Of a DNA stretch of 64,000 nucleotides, positions 1-13,809 are shown one piece after another; the stretch's first letter is position 1; the number at the start of each line of letters is the position of its first letter. The notes beneath the pieces are model-generated. The model searched no databases and was not told where the DNA came from. It saw nothing but the letters and a program-made list of their open reading frames with translations. A program made the translations under genes and the position numbers. This stretch comes from the human T2T-CHM13v2.0 reference genome, Homo sapiens, in assembly GCF_009914755.1 (NCBI RefSeq), contig NC_060936.1. One strand, given 5' to 3'.

Positions 1-246
1 AATCGAAGGGAGCCAACTGCTTAAACCATGTTCAAATAAGGCAAATGTCCAGCTGTAACCACTTCAGCTGTTTCTGTGCCTCACTTCTGTCTTCTACACA
101 TCACTTTCCTTTTTCTATCCATAAATGTTTTTTGATCATGCAGCAGCATGAAGTTGATCTGAACCTACTTTGGTTTGGGAGACTGCCCAATTCGTGAATC
201 AATTAAACTGTTAAATTTAATTTGTCTAAGGTTTTTCTTTTAGCAG
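1..246 (+). mobile_element. 3' part of ERV1 solo LTR, MER57-like (truncated by window start)
   Basis: Contains gttcaaataaggcaaa...gctgtaacc...cctcacttc and ends aattaaact..ttaaatttaatttgtctaa..tttttcttttagca, matching the recalled MER57 3' end; same family as the element at 43476-43906. Confidence 0.7.
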
Positions 247-329
247 TAGGTTCCCCATAGGAGATTTGAGAAGATTAAATAGTAAAATAGATGGAAACTG
301 AAGAGCACATGACAATTACTTCTAAATTT

Positions 330-1130
330 ACCCAACAACAATGTGTTGATTGGCTACTGTGGAGCAGGCACTGTTCTAAGCACTGGAGAAATGCTGTGGA
401 AAGTTCCTCTCATGGACCTTACACTTCCGTTAGGGAAGATTGACAGTAACAAGATACCATTACATTCTATCACATAGAATACGTACTATGAGGAGAAAAT
501 GGAGGGGTGCAATGCAGCAGCTTAATGACCACATCAGCTTGAGTAATCAGGAGTGACTGGTCCATGAGGTGACACTTAAATGATAACTGATGCCAAGGAA
601 GGAAGAATCAATCATGCAACAATCAGAAGGAAGAGCATTCCAGGCATAGGGAACAGCTAGTGAAAATGCCCAAAATGAGAATTAACTCTGCGTTTGAAAG
701 ACACAGAATAAAGGCAGGGTGGGTCTAGCAGAGTAGCTTATAAACTGTTTCAGGATGAAGCCAGAGAGAAGATTCAGGTTTGATAAAACCAAAAACCACA
801 GACAAGGAGTTGGTGCTTGATTCCAAGCCATGGGAGAGTTTTAAGCTGGAAACACTTGGTCTGACATGTATCTTTAAAGATAATTCTGATGACTGTTTGC
901 AGAATGAATTTTAGGAGGCAAAGTGGAAGCAGGCAGGTCAAGTAGGATGCTACTGCAATAATATAAGCAACAGATGATGGCTTAGACCAAGGGGGGAGGG
1001 GCAGGGATGTAGAGAAGTGGTTGGATTCATGATAGGATTCTACCTATTGAAGGTAAAATCAATAGGAATTTCTGATATTGGTGGTGAGAAAAATAGATCA
1101 CTCTTGAGCAATTGGATGGATAAATGTTCA
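330..1130 (-). mobile_element. Degenerate L2 LINE 3' fragment
   Basis: caggcactgttctaagcactggaga...gaagagcattccaggcatagggaacagc...ggattcatgata resembles the reverse complement of the L2 3' end; boundaries approximate. Confidence 0.6.
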
Positions 1131-1859
1131 CTATGACTATGTAAATACCAAATCATTAATCTCTGCCCACTATGAAATAACATCCTAACCGGAAAAGTGT
1201 CCTGGGTATGGTGAGCCCCCAGTACATGTTGATTGATTGAACAACTGAATGAATGGGGGAGGGAAGATGCTGAAAGGGAAGTTGAGCGGGGAGCTGAGGA
1301 GAAACTTTGCCTACTTTACAATTTTGCTTAGAGCCAGACCTGCTGACTGGTCTCCATAAAAAGGAAAAACAAAAATCACCAGAAAAGAAAGTTTGCTGTG
1401 TGGAAAGATTTAAACTAACAAAGGAAAAGGAAAGGGCCATGAGGGCAGGGAGACACATGTTTGGACACATCCCCTGCTTGGAAGGCTGACTCCTGAAAAG
1501 ACCAGTATCTGATGAGTGTGCAGGAAACCCTATTGCCCTGTCAGTTCCTACTAACAACCGGGTGCATTTATGTCTCCTCTCAAAGCATGAAGCAGAGGAA
1601 CCAGAGAGGGTGCCAGGGCCAAGTAAAGGCATGGACATATATTCATTGGCCCATCTGGCCCTCTCTGCAGGATGGGAAGCATTAAACAGAGGCAGCACAC
1701 TGGCTCTGTGTACATCCTACCTAGAGACAGAAACATTTCAACTGAAACTGACAGTCTCTTGAAACCCGGTATCTGATTCTCACAATAATAACCCTCCTAA
1801 AAAATTCAGTCCCCAAGAAATGGCAATGGACTGAAAGAGTGCCTCTCTATGAAGATTAA

Positions 1860-1968
1860 AACTTTAGAATGTTTTCTAAAAATATTTTAAAAGTTTAGAA
1901 GATTTTCTAAAACTATTCTAAACGTTTAGAAGATTTTCTAAAAATCTTCTAAACGTTTAGAATATTTT
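1860..1968. repeat. About 3.5 copies of a self-complementary ~31-bp tandem unit, including a perfect 24-bp-arm inverted repeat
   Basis: Unit TTTAGAAGATTTTCTAAAAATCTTCTAAACG; arms 1914-1937 and 1941-1964 are exact reverse complements with a 3-nt loop. Confidence 0.9.
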
Positions 1969-4900
1969 TGTAATCATGAACAGTGCTAAACAGGTATGTG
2001 TTAGGGTAAACCATAGGAAGTTGCTAGGGTTAGTCCATTTTTTATCTAAAAGAGTAACTATTTCATGTGGTTCAACCTGATCTCTGTCTCTGCAGGCTGA
2101 TGAAGTGCTTTGGACAAAATACCACCATAACAATAAATCTTACCTTGAATATATCCCCACTACTCCTTCTATCTCCAAATCCTAGAATGTTTCTATGTGT
2201 TCTTTGAGAAAGTAATTTTGGGGGATTGAAGCAATTTCTGATTGCCTGGGGGAGAAAATAACAACTATATTCCTCGATGATGTACCCAGCATTCAAACCA
2301 ACCATCAGATGCTCAAAGCTTAAAGAAATTCAGAGGGGGAGAAATCCCCTTAGCATGGGAAGGATGAAAAGAGTATTTTACAATCCTGTAAATGTGGAAA
2401 GGCAGAGTGAAGCTTATGTTGTCCAACTCACTTGTTTTATCATACAAGCTAAGGGGCTTGCACAAGGTCAGGGCCAATAGTTCAAGGCAGAACTGGAGCC
2501 AGACCTATCATGTATATTGAACTAACCATTTTCTGAATCAACACACACCATGTATGGAAAGGTAAGAGGACTTTACAGGTGAAAATAATTTCATTTGTAA
2601 GATGTAGAAAAATGCTAAACACAAGTTACAAGAATTTGACTTCCCAGATATCAAAATAATAACCCAATAGAATAAGATGTGAAAAAAAAACTCACCAAGA
2701 AACACGGAGATTTTAGAATGGTGCATTTAGAAGAAGCTACTACGGCAGGACTGAATGGCAGGAGCAGAAAGAACTGATTTTATAAGCAGCTCGGGGAATT
2801 GAAAGAAAAAAGCAGCATGTTTAGATAAATGCTTTTTTGAGGATGGTGGTATTTTACCAGAATTATATAATCTGCTTATTTATGCAGCTGGGAAATTTTC
2901 ACTTCCATGAGTTATTCTTTGAAACATTTGTAGTGAGTGCCTACTGTATCTCCAGCAGTCTTCCAGGTATCTGGATATATCGGTTAACAGACAAAAATCC
3001 CTGCTCTTAATGAGCATATATTCTAACTGGGGAGGTAGACAACAAACAATAAACATAAAACACAAGTGAATTGTATGGTCACTTAGAAAGTGATATGTAC
3101 CGAGGGAAATAAAAGATCAGGATACTGGGAAGCTGGAGCCGTGAGCAAGGAGGGATGCATGTTGAGGTTTTTAGTAGTGTAGTCTGGGCAGGTCTCTTTG
3201 AGAGAGTGGATTTGAATAAGGGCTTGAAGAAAATGAAGGCTGTTTAGGGGAAGAGCGTTCGAGATCTTGACAGGTCACTAAGGCAGAGATGTGGCGGGCA
3301 GGTGTGTGTGTTACCACCTGCTCTGTAGAGCTGGTGTCATCCCAGTTTCTACAGCATGGCCAAGTCTTTTACATATAATAAGAAGCCTTGAGTGATCCAA
3401 TGTGTCCACGTTATGTTACGCCAGAGACGACAAATCCATATAATGGAACTTTGAGAATTTGGTTGTGGTCCAAGTATGCTGTGGTTGTGTGAATCTCAGC
3501 TGTGGCCTTTATATTCACTCTTCAGAGCTTCTGTGGCCATGGCCACCTCTCAGTGTAACAACAAAGAGCCCCCAGCTCAGGTAAGGGTTTTAATGACTGA
3601 ACCCAATGAACCACAGTTAATCCATTCATTAGCTTAGGTATCAAATATCAGAATGGTGGCTGCCACAGCAGGCAAAGCATAAGACTAGAGTAAGATTACT
3701 CATCATCTATTACTAGTTCAATCACATACTCACTTATCGACGCTGAATAAACGGCTCAATTTCTCTATGCCTCACTTTTCACATCTGCCAAATCAAGATA
3801 ATACCCTTTGCTCAGTATATTTCACAAAAGCATAGTAATATTTAAGTTTAATGATATAATAAGTATGAAAGTATGCTGGAAGCTATAATGCACAAGGCAA
3901 TATGGCTTAATTATCTCTATGCCCTCAGAGTACAGCATAATGAATGGCATTCCATAAGTGTTTTTTGAGTAAATAAGCAGACAAGTAAAACTTACTGTGT
4001 GATGACAACCAAGAAAAAAAGTCATCCCATCGGACATAACCTATGTCTACACAATCAAAATAAAGATAATATTTAGCATAGCTACCTTTATAAATCAAGC
4101 CAAATAATATATTATTCTAGATTTTCACTTGAAACTTTTTTTAAGCAGGAGTTATTTCAAAACATGATAGAAAACTATAGACTACTCTCAGTTTAGCTTG
4201 TTAAGTCCTTTGCCTTACCCAACCAGGAAGAAGAGAAGGACAAAGAAAAAAGAATTGCAATATTGCTCAGATGATCAGTATAAAAAAGACATCAAACAAG
4301 GAAGAGGAGGAGGAAGATAATTCCTTTTTAATAATTTCAATATTTGGAATATAAATAGCCATTAATAAGATGTAAAGGAGAGATAAAAAGTGTTTTGGCC
4401 TCTAGCCAAGATGTTTCAGGTGCCAGGAATTCTGCCCAATGAGTAGACAAAAGGAATGCTCAGCTGAATCTAACACCAAGCTATTTGTAGAATAAAGCTG
4501 GATTTCATTAAAAATGCCTACTCAGCAAGAAATCCACAGGGTGCAGCAGAAACACCTCTCTCTCCCACTGGGAGAGCATTTTTTTAACTACTAGAAATCA
4601 TAAACGGGTATTTTGAAAGCTTGTTTTGTTAGTTCTGCTTGCTCCACCTTGGCCAGAATCAATTTTATCAAGGTCCCCCATTAGTCATGGCGGGGTCCAT
4701 GGAGGCATTTCCAAATGGTTCTCACTGATTTATCCTACTGAAAGTTTTTAGGGACTTACTGTTGTTATCTCTTTTCTAAAATTGTCACTTCCCAAAGCAC
4801 CACTTTCTGTTGGAAAAATTCTAGGAGTTGTTGGATCTGTTGAAACTATGATGCAAATTTTCAATTATCTAGATAGCTATTCAAGAAAGATCTATACCTA

Positions 4901-7346
4901 GCTGCCGTTTTGAGATCTTTTTCTTCTTCAGTTGGTCAAAAGCTGCCAAAAGAATTTTTTAAAAAACCTTTTTTAACCAGAAAATTGACCTCAGATTTGC
5001 AATTTCTAGTCTTTTTTCTCCTGCAAGTAAAAGATACGACGTAAACAGCTAAACTTGTTCTACTTCATAACAATAAACTCCAATCCCATTGGCCATCTCA
5101 CAAGGTTCGGGAAGACCTTGTTCAAGGTTCATGAAAGACCAAAGCAAGTCAAGTGGATGTCTCAGCATCAACCTCTGGATCCACATTGCCTGGATTCAAA
5201 TCCTTACCCACCACTCCCTAGCTTTGTGACCTCGGACAAGTTACTCATGGTCTTTCTGCCTCAGTCTTCTCACCTGAAAAATGGCAATAATAGTAATACT
5301 TATGTAATTAGTTACTCATCCTTTCTTTGTCTCAGTCTTCTCATCTGCAAGTTATAAATAATAGGAATACTTACACATTAGGCTTATGGTGAATATTCAA
5401 TGTGTTAAAATTTAAATGTATTAAATCAATATGAAGATTTGGTGACATTTATTTAAAAGATTAAATAAGTTATCAGTTAAAGATCAGAAGAGTGCTGGGC
5501 ACATGGTGAAAGCTATGTGTGAGTCTGCCATGATGTGATGGTGATCATGATGATGATGAAGGTGGTGACTCCTCTTTCTTGAATCCTTCTCAAAGCACAC
5601 GTGAACCATGCTATTACCCAAACTGATCAATGACTAAAAACTCAGTGACAAGCATGACATAGAGAAAAGAGCAGTGAAACACTAACAAGTAACAGAATCC
5701 TACAGCCACAGAGGATATTCCACATTGTTACCCAGGAACTTTCCAACATTTCCCAATTTTTTTCCTTTTCCAATACAGGAAAAGTCTCTTCAGATTCCAA
5801 TCAGAAAATTCCTCCTGTCACCCAAGAGGAAACTATAACCTCTCACATTGTCGCCACTGAGGACAGATCACAGGGGCAAAGGAGGTGAGTGCTAATCAAG
5901 GATGGCATGAAGAGGAGGCAGTGAGAGAGCAAACAGCAGTCCTGGGGAGAGGACAGCCGCACGCAGTCTTATGTGACTGTCCACAGCACAAGGAGGAAAC
6001 TGGAGGGAGCACACTGCCCATGGAATATTGCTGATTAAAAACCACTTGAAATGAGACAGAAATTACAACAACCTTCAAAAGGAATATAGACGACAATAAA
6101 GAAAGTGACATTTCACCCAACACAGACACATGGATCAGCAAAACTGAGACAACCCAGGACAGGGGAAAATCCAGACCTACTTCAGAGCTACAGTGGGCTC
6201 AGGATAGAGGTCTGTATAGCTGCTGTCTGTTGCATATTTTAACTGTAGAGTAATAGTTAAGGGTGACTGAATACCTATTGTGTGCTAGGTACCAGTCTAA
6301 GCACTTTACTTGTCAATTGCAGGCACATTTTAGGGAGAGGGGACAGGGATTTAAAATAACATGAAGAATCCCTGTTTATAGCAATCAAAAGAGCCTAGCA
6401 GAAACAAAATTAATTAACACACCTATTCAAACAATTTCTAAAGGATGCCATGTGCGTTATAGGCATTTTTTAATGCAACTAATTGATAAACTCTATGCAC
6501 AGGTCTCTGTGGCCACTGGCAGGCTAACCTCCACTTCTAGGAACTGAAAAATGAAATAATCTACCTGCTAAAGTCTAACATGGCATTTCCCTTAGAGACA
6601 CTGATAGAACACAGAATCTGGAGGTTGCCAATATAAATTTGCAAAAACAGAAAGCAACCCTTAGTCTAAAAAGCTTGGGAAATGCTGCCTTAAGCAAAGT
6701 TGAACTGTTTTTTGTTTCATTTGGTTGCGTTGTTTTAAAGGACTTCTCAGAACTTTCAATGGACTAACAAACATGGCCAATCCATGAGAAAGGGACATGA
6801 GAGACAGGCGTCCCAAATTATCTGGCGAGAGAATTCTTCCCCACTACCCCTACAGCATTTTCCATAACTAAATTGTATTTAATAAAACATTATTTAGGAA
6901 ATGCTAGTATGGGCTCATTTTATTATTTCACCTGGAATTGAGCCTGTTCCAAGCCCCAGATTTTTATCTACATCCTTTAGAAAGAAAAGAATCAGAAAGA
7001 AGCATCCAATTTATGTCCCTGTTATATTTTTTAAGGTAACACAGCTGCTGTAACAGATAAATATCAAAGTCTCACTGGCTTCACACAATCATAATCCATT
7101 TCTCCTCAAGCAACAGTCCAGCGCAAGTGAAATCACCCAGGAAGCTTTGGAAAATTCTCCTGTGCGCCACTCCCAGGCATTCTGATTTGGTTATTCTGGA
7201 GTGGAGCTAAGCATTAGGCCTTTTTTTTTTTTTTTGAGCTCCCCACCCAGGTTTCTGGGCTGGCCTCTGAGGGGCCTATGTTGGAAAAGTTTCCTAGATT
7301 ATCGGTCATTATAAATGTTGTTTCAAAAGTTGAAAGGAGTCGGGGG

Positions 7347-7369
7347 GAGAGAGAGAGAGAGAGAGAGAA
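7347..7369 (+). repeat. (GA)n microsatellite
   Basis: gagagagagagagagagagaga seen directly. Confidence 0.9.
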
Positions 7370-8399
7370 ACTTTGTAGAGAAATAAAGGATCATTTAACC
7401 AAAATTAGTATCTGTAAGTGCATGAATCTCCCATTTAATTTAGTGTCATGAGACATGCCCTGGTTTGTTAATAAGTCCAAACCTTATCCTTCCTGGTGCT
7501 GGGTCTGACACGTTTCCATCATGGTTTCCAATAGAATTGAGAATACCATCTATTATTTATTTATTCATTAAATATTGATTGTTTCAGCAGCAGAGGGCAG
7601 TGGTTGACAGTACTGGCTCTGGAGCCACATAGTTTGAATACTAGATTTACCACCTATTAGCTGTGTGGCCTTGGATAAATTCCTTAACCTCTCTGCCTCA
7701 GTTTCCTCCTCTGTAAAATGAGAAGAATCATCCTGTTTTACCAAGTACTGTGAGAATTAAACAACTAAATCCATGGAGAGGCCTAGAATAGTGACTAGCA
7801 TGTAGTAAGTTTTCAAAAAGTGATGGCTACTATCCTTAACTGTTTTCATTATTTTGAAGTGCAGGTCTCTGCTCTAGGAATCAAGGGGTACAGAGAAGAT
7901 GAGGCTATATTCTTCTGTCCTCAAGGCATTCATAGCTGGGCATGGGAGACAGACAGATAGATGTGACCTCGGCTTTCATGGCTTTATGTGCAAAATTGTG
8001 GGAGCATCTTCAGGGTCCTGTGGAGGGGCAGCACAGGAAGGCTTCCTGGAAGGGGTGGCTTTAGATCTGGAACTTAAAGGGTAAGATTGAACCTACAGGC
8101 TCAGTCACTTGTTACTGAAGTGGCATGGAAAAGAAGAAAGAATGAGTCAAAAACCCACCTGTCAGCATCTGCAAGGAGACTTTTTTTGCAGTAGAGGTTA
8201 TCCAGGGTGAAGCCACCACCTCCTGCAAGGTTTCTGCAACATTCATTCCATACCTGGGACCGTGCTCACTTATGGGCACTCCCCCAACCCCGCTCGACAG
8301 CAAGCTTGGACCTTTGCATTGGCACCAAAAGGCCTGCAGTGTTCCATGGCGTGGTTGTGGAAACATTGACAGGGCCGCAGGGCAGCAGTAGGCAGGACT

Positions 8400-8748
8400 A
8401 GAGGAGGGGGCAGAGTAGAGGAGAGGCAGGACCGTTCTGAGAGCTTCGCAGGCACAAAAATCCCGGGCCAAGCCTCTGCCTCAGCCCCTGCAGGATATCC
8501 TGTCATTCAGCAGGATATATAGACCATTTACAGTGGCCAATTTCACCAAGACTCCTGGATTTGCCATTTTTCCTTTCTGAAGGCAGGTCTCACCTATCTC
8601 CTGGTTCGATCTAGGAAAAAGGAAAGGAAGGGATTTAAAAGTAAACAGTGAAATGAGAAAGAATTCACTGGGAGTTTATCAAACTAAGTTAAAATAGCTA
8701 AGTCAGCCTGACAGGTGCTTGGCACAGAGAAGGAGCAAATATTTCCTC
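8400..8748 (+). promoter_or_regulatory. STAB2: STAB2 proximal promoter and 5' UTR (TSS not precisely locatable, probably ~8545-8570)
   Basis: Non-CpG-island region immediately upstream of the ATG; TATA-like GATATATAG at ~8515-8522, CCAAT at ~8537, forkhead GTAAACA at 8641-8647, several GGAA cores. The TSS position is inference. Confidence 0.55.
8653..8697 (+). other. 14-codon upstream ORF (MRKNSLGVYQTKLK*) in frame with the STAB2 CDS
   Basis: ATG 8653 (G at -3), TAG 8695-8697; 96 nt upstream of the main ATG; assumes the TSS lies upstream of 8653. Confidence 0.55.
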
Positions 8749-8829
8749 ATGATGCTACAACATTTAGTAATTTTTTGTCTTGGATTGGTTGTACAAAATT
8801 TCTGCTCCCCAGCTGAAACCACAGGGCAG
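8749..8829 (+). CDS. STAB2: Stabilin-2 coding exon 1 (signal peptide: [27 protein letters not shown])
   Basis: ATG at 8749, 81 nt, donor CAG|GTAAGA; hydrophobic signal peptide matching the recalled human STAB2 N-terminus. Confidence 0.97.
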
Positions 8830-9750
8830 GTAAGAGGAGACTTACATATTTTTTTCATTTGTTAATTGTCATGATATGTTCAAAAGCTTGTCGTTTTCCT
8901 CTGTTGTTATGGGTAAAGGGTGAAATCTGGACTTTATAAAATACAGAGAATGTTTTTGGAGACTAAGTCCTAATTGTGATGCACCATCTTTCCGAAGGTG
9001 TGCTAACCCACTTGTTGCTCTTCCTGTACTGAAGCGCCCCGCTGCTGTTGGGACCTCTAATCTTAGTGCTAACGATCCTCTTTCCAGTGCAGCTGTTGGC
9101 GTCTTGTTTTTCATTTGTTCTAGTAGTCTCATTACTGTGAATATCTACCATCCCATCTTCCTGACTAGAAAATAACTATGGCTGTGGAGAGATGGTCTGG
9201 GGAATTCCAGGGTGGATATCTCACTAAGGAACACAAGTATCAGAAATATTTCCAAAATCATCAGGCCTTCACCCTTTCATCTCTTCTGCCTTCCACAGAG
9301 CTGTAGTAAAAGTTCCCAGGGAGGTCTTACCAGTAGCCCCTATGAAGTACATCAGCACACCGAACCCTCAAGCAAGCTCACCGAGGTGTCATCACAGAGT
9401 GAGGCCAGCTGTCAGTGAGACACCATGTGATTTCTGATCCATCAAGAATGAATCTTAACCATGATTCTGCACCTGTGCCAGGCAAATTTTTATCAACACC
9501 AATTTTATTACAGTTGGCTGCATGCTCTGATAATGTTTTCATGAAAATATGGGAAGATGGCCTAATGGCTAAGTGCTCCAGCTTTGAAATTTGGTAGGGG
9601 TGAGTTTGAACTGTGGATCTCATTTTTCTGTTTAACAAATAGGTCTGAGGATCAGTCATGATCGTCCACAGCTGTTTGACCCTGAGCACGTTTTTTAATC
9701 TCTTCAAGCTTCAGTCTCGCCCCTGACAGTGCTCCACAAATGGTAGTAAT

Positions 9751-9805
9751 TATCATCACCATCATCATCTTCTTAATCACCATCATCATCATCATCATTA
9801 TCACC
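9751..9805 (+). repeat. Imperfect (CAT)n trinucleotide repeat
   Basis: tatcatcaccatcatcatc...catcatcatcatcatcattatcacc. Confidence 0.85.
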
Positions 9806-10590
9806 AAGTGTTTGCATTCACACAGAAATCAGACCTTAACTAATTTAAATAAGCTGAATTTACTTTTCAGAGAGGACAACTTTGTCAATACTGTATGAGA
9901 CAGACAATGAGCCTTTTCATTTGAAAAGGGCAATTTGAAGGTCAAGATGTTTCTTAAGAAGAGGGTTTTAAATCTAGCCCACAAAGAAAGAAAAGACAAA
10001 GTACTGTAACCCCACATACTTATCCAAATGTGAAACCCTCATGTAAAGAAAAGCTTGCTTTCAAAAAAAATGTGAAGGTGTCCTGACAATTAAAGGAGGT
10101 TAATTCAAACTCTATCTAAGTGTAGCTTTTGTTATTACTCAATAAAGAACCTTCTAGTGCTATTTTGGTTCATGATGATCACCAAATGAAAACTCCTGGT
10201 AAAAATAGAAATTTCAGTTTTCTATACTCCACTCAGGTGCAGGAAAGAGAAAGGGCTAATCAAGGAATCACAAGACCAGTAACTCACAGGGTGACCTTGG
10301 GCAAGTCACTGCAACACCCCTCACCTCAGTTTTCTTCCAGCTAAAATGAGGATGATGATACCTGCCCTACTTATCTTCAGAGCAGTGAAGATCAAATAAG
10401 ATAATACCTTTGAATGGATGCATAACCAATAATCGTTCTGAAGATGTAAAGTTTCTTTTTATGCAGGCTTTATATATTTCAATGAACTTAGAAGCAGTGG
10501 TGACATTTCCACCACGACCAACCTATTATTAGGCCCGTGGATGAGCTGTGGGATAATACAGAAGCATGAGACACAATCCTGCCCAAGAAG

Positions 10591-10868
10591 AAGCCTACCT
10601 CTTTCTGCTCTGTCCTATGGCCTAGAGCAAACCTGTTCAAAAAGCAGGGCCTCAAAATGTGTTGGTAATGTCTTTTTTGATTGGCAGGTCCTTTCTGCCT
10701 TCCCAGGAAATGCCTGGATTAGACTCCTTGCCCTGGAAAGGTCAAGGTTTGGGGTTCAAGAGATCCTACCCCTTCTCTCTACTAACTGCTCTATGCTCAG
10801 TTTTACCTCAGCATGTTGGCACAGCATATTTCTAAGAGTTTAGCAAATAAGAATCAGGTGTCTTTTAA
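10591..10868 (+). repeat. 278-bp dispersed direct duplication, copy 1 (intron 1)
   Basis: About 97% identical to 17079-17356 by manual alignment; not a recognised TE. Confidence 0.93.
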
Positions 10869-12168
10869 TGGAGTGCAAAAACCAACAAAATGTGCTCCAC
10901 TGGGCCAGCCACAGGAAGAGTAGAAGTTGAGAAAAGGAAGAAAAATGAATGTGGTTTTGTGAAAGAGGTGGTGTGAAACAGGGTCTTGAAGGATATGGTT
11001 CAGCAGCCCAGTGAGAACATGGCAGTTAGGAGAGGAAACAGGCACAAAGGTGAGTGAAGAGTTACAGCAGCCAGCATTCACCACCTGTGATACTTCAGAC
11101 ATTTTTGCCAGGAAATTTGCACCTGCTTAAGTGACCGTCATCATTTAAAGGTCTCAATAACCTCAAGAGTGGTTATTAATATCTCCTCTTTATAGGTGAT
11201 GGCAAAGGGTAAGCAATTCATTCAAGATTGTACACTTAGCAAGATATAGAGTTTGACTCCAAACTTAGGTCTTTTGATCCCCAAGTTTAGTCTCTCTTTG
11301 TTGTACAAAGCTGCTCCATCTTAAGCTTGATGAGGAAATGAAGAAAAGTTGAGGAAAGGGAGGCATCTCTCGGGGAGGATCAGCCTCGGCATTATGAGCA
11401 ACAGGGGATCCTAAAGAGTGCCAAATTGGGTCTGGATCATTCAATTTAGTAGTTACATATCCACCACCTTATGTTGCTAAATAACTGTTTCTAGCACATC
11501 TGATTTCCCCAATTCATTTGTTTAATCAACAAATATTCACTGAGCACTGCTATGCATCAGATACTATTTTAGGGCTTAGGTACAACAGTGGACAAAACAG
11601 AGAAAGATCCCTGCTCTCTGGAAGCCTACTTTTCAGTTGGATTGTAATCTAAAGATTGCAAATATCTCTGAAATAGTAACTGTATCCTCCACGGCACTGG
11701 CACAGTGCTGGCTCCAGAGCAGACATTCCTGTGGAATCAATGATGAAAGAACATCCTTGAGATCTGCTGATCTATGACCAATTGACCTTGAATAACCTGC
11801 TTTACAAATTTTTCACTTGAGAGTGTATTCTGCCATATATTTCAGGTTCCCCACTTGGATAAATGTGGGTAATAACATTATCTTACCTTGCTAGATTTCA
11901 GACTCTATCTCAGGTATGGCAAATGTATGGTACAAACAGTGGCTCTTATTTCACCTACAGCCATGGCAGACATTGCTTATTAATCTCAATACTCTTTCCA
12001 GATAAGATTGAAAGGAGCAAACCAGTCATTACCAATCAACCTTATCACCATCCCTGACGTTCCATTGAGATGATTGGAGACATTCCAGTGGAGAAGATTG
12101 GCCATGCTAGATGTTTTGCAAGACTCTGATAACAGGAATTAATGTTCTTTTTTTTAATATTTACACAG

Positions 12169-12302
12169 GCAAGAAGATGTGATAGGAAGTCTCTTCTTAC
12201 AATTAGGACCGAGTGCCGATCCTGCGCTCTCAACCTTGGAGTCAAGTGCCCGGATGGTTACACCATGATTACCAGTGGCTCTGTAGGGGTTCGAGATTGC
12301 AG
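12169..12302 (+). CDS. STAB2: Stabilin-2 coding exon 2 ([45 protein letters not shown])
   Basis: ttacacag| acceptor, 134 nt, phase 0 to 2, donor CAG|GTACTC; continues the frame of exon 1. Confidence 0.96.
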
Positions 12303-12474
12303 GTACTCATGAGAAAATAAACGTGATGGAACTATGAATCCAACTTGAAGCTCCCTGTCTCAAAAACTGCAAAGCATTTCCATGACTTTTCTCTTGCTCT
12401 AAGACAATAAGCCCAAACTTAGGTAACTCACAATTTATGAACTTAAGTCTAAAATATATAAAATATATATTGTT

Positions 12475-12763
<289 letters not shown>

Positions 12764-13652
12764 AAAATATATATTGTTATTCATTCACATTTTAATACAA
12801 AATTGACTTATTTTGTATTGCACATAAACATTCTCTTTTCATTTTGCCTGTATTTTGAAAATCTGGGTTTTATTTAATTTGGAAATAATTCTAGTCTTGA
12901 ATGTGTTAAAAGCCTTGAGTGTGATAGTCATCTCTTCAGCTATGGACCTTGATACTAATTAGAAGTCGAAGAAGGGGGAAAGATGAATTGCAGCATGGTT
13001 GCATTTTATGTAAACTTTGCATTCTTGAAGACCTCTTGGGATTCAAAACTCTGATAACTCAAGGCTAATTCTGGCAAAGGATGACAAGTGGTTCTGCTCA
13101 CTAGCTAATGGGTGCAGCCATGGGGCTCAACTGCAAATGCAATTTGTATTTGCGCAGCCTGTTTCTTTAGAAATTAGATAGTACTCAATGAGTTTGCTTT
13201 TAATTCCGGATGGAAGGATTTTTTTTTTTATTTTGCATGAAATGAAATCTTAACACTATTATATCACACTATTTTAAATTCACATTTGCTTAATGTGACC
13301 ACACTATATTCTAAAATCAAAATCATCATTTTAAATAAAAGTTTCCCAGCATTAACTAACCTAGAATTAGCAAGCAGTGGGTATCATCAGATGGGATAAC
13401 TTTTACCTGTTCCTCCTTTTGGAGGTTAGATTCTAATACGATGATTGAAGTTCGTATGATACGTGATTAATGTCTCTGCATAATCAGGACTTGTAACACC
13501 TTGATTGCTTCTGATTCTTTCTGAAAAAAGAAAAGAAAAAAAAATTAGCAAGCATATGCAGCAGTTAACACTCAATTGCCAAAGCTGAAAACTTTTTTGT
13601 ACTGGCTACTTTTTTGTTCATTGCCAAGGTGGACACTTGGTTATGTTCCAAT

Positions 13653-13692
13653 ACACAAACACACAAGCACACACACACATACACACACACAC
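13653..13692 (+). repeat. Imperfect (CA)n microsatellite
   Basis: acacaaacacacaagcacacacacacatacacacacacac. Confidence 0.85.
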
Positions 13693-13809
13693 AGGATAAA
13701 ACTTTTGCATTCAGAAATGTTTTAGATTTAATGACTTTGGTCTATCATTCATCTATGCTGGAACAAACTCAAGATTGGTTCTTTTGTTTTATGTTCTTTC
13801 GTTCTGTTT

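Noticed and set aside
1156-1698. 180-aa minus-strand ORF upstream of STAB2
   Set aside because: No recognisable domain, no supporting splice structure, composition typical of a chance ORF
1860-1968. CRISPR-like palindromic repeat array
   Set aside because: No unique spacers, no cas genes, eukaryotic context; it is a plain tandem palindromic repeat
8869-9151. Antisense ORFs (87 and 62 aa) in intron 1
   Set aside because: Short, no recognisable homology or independent gene structure
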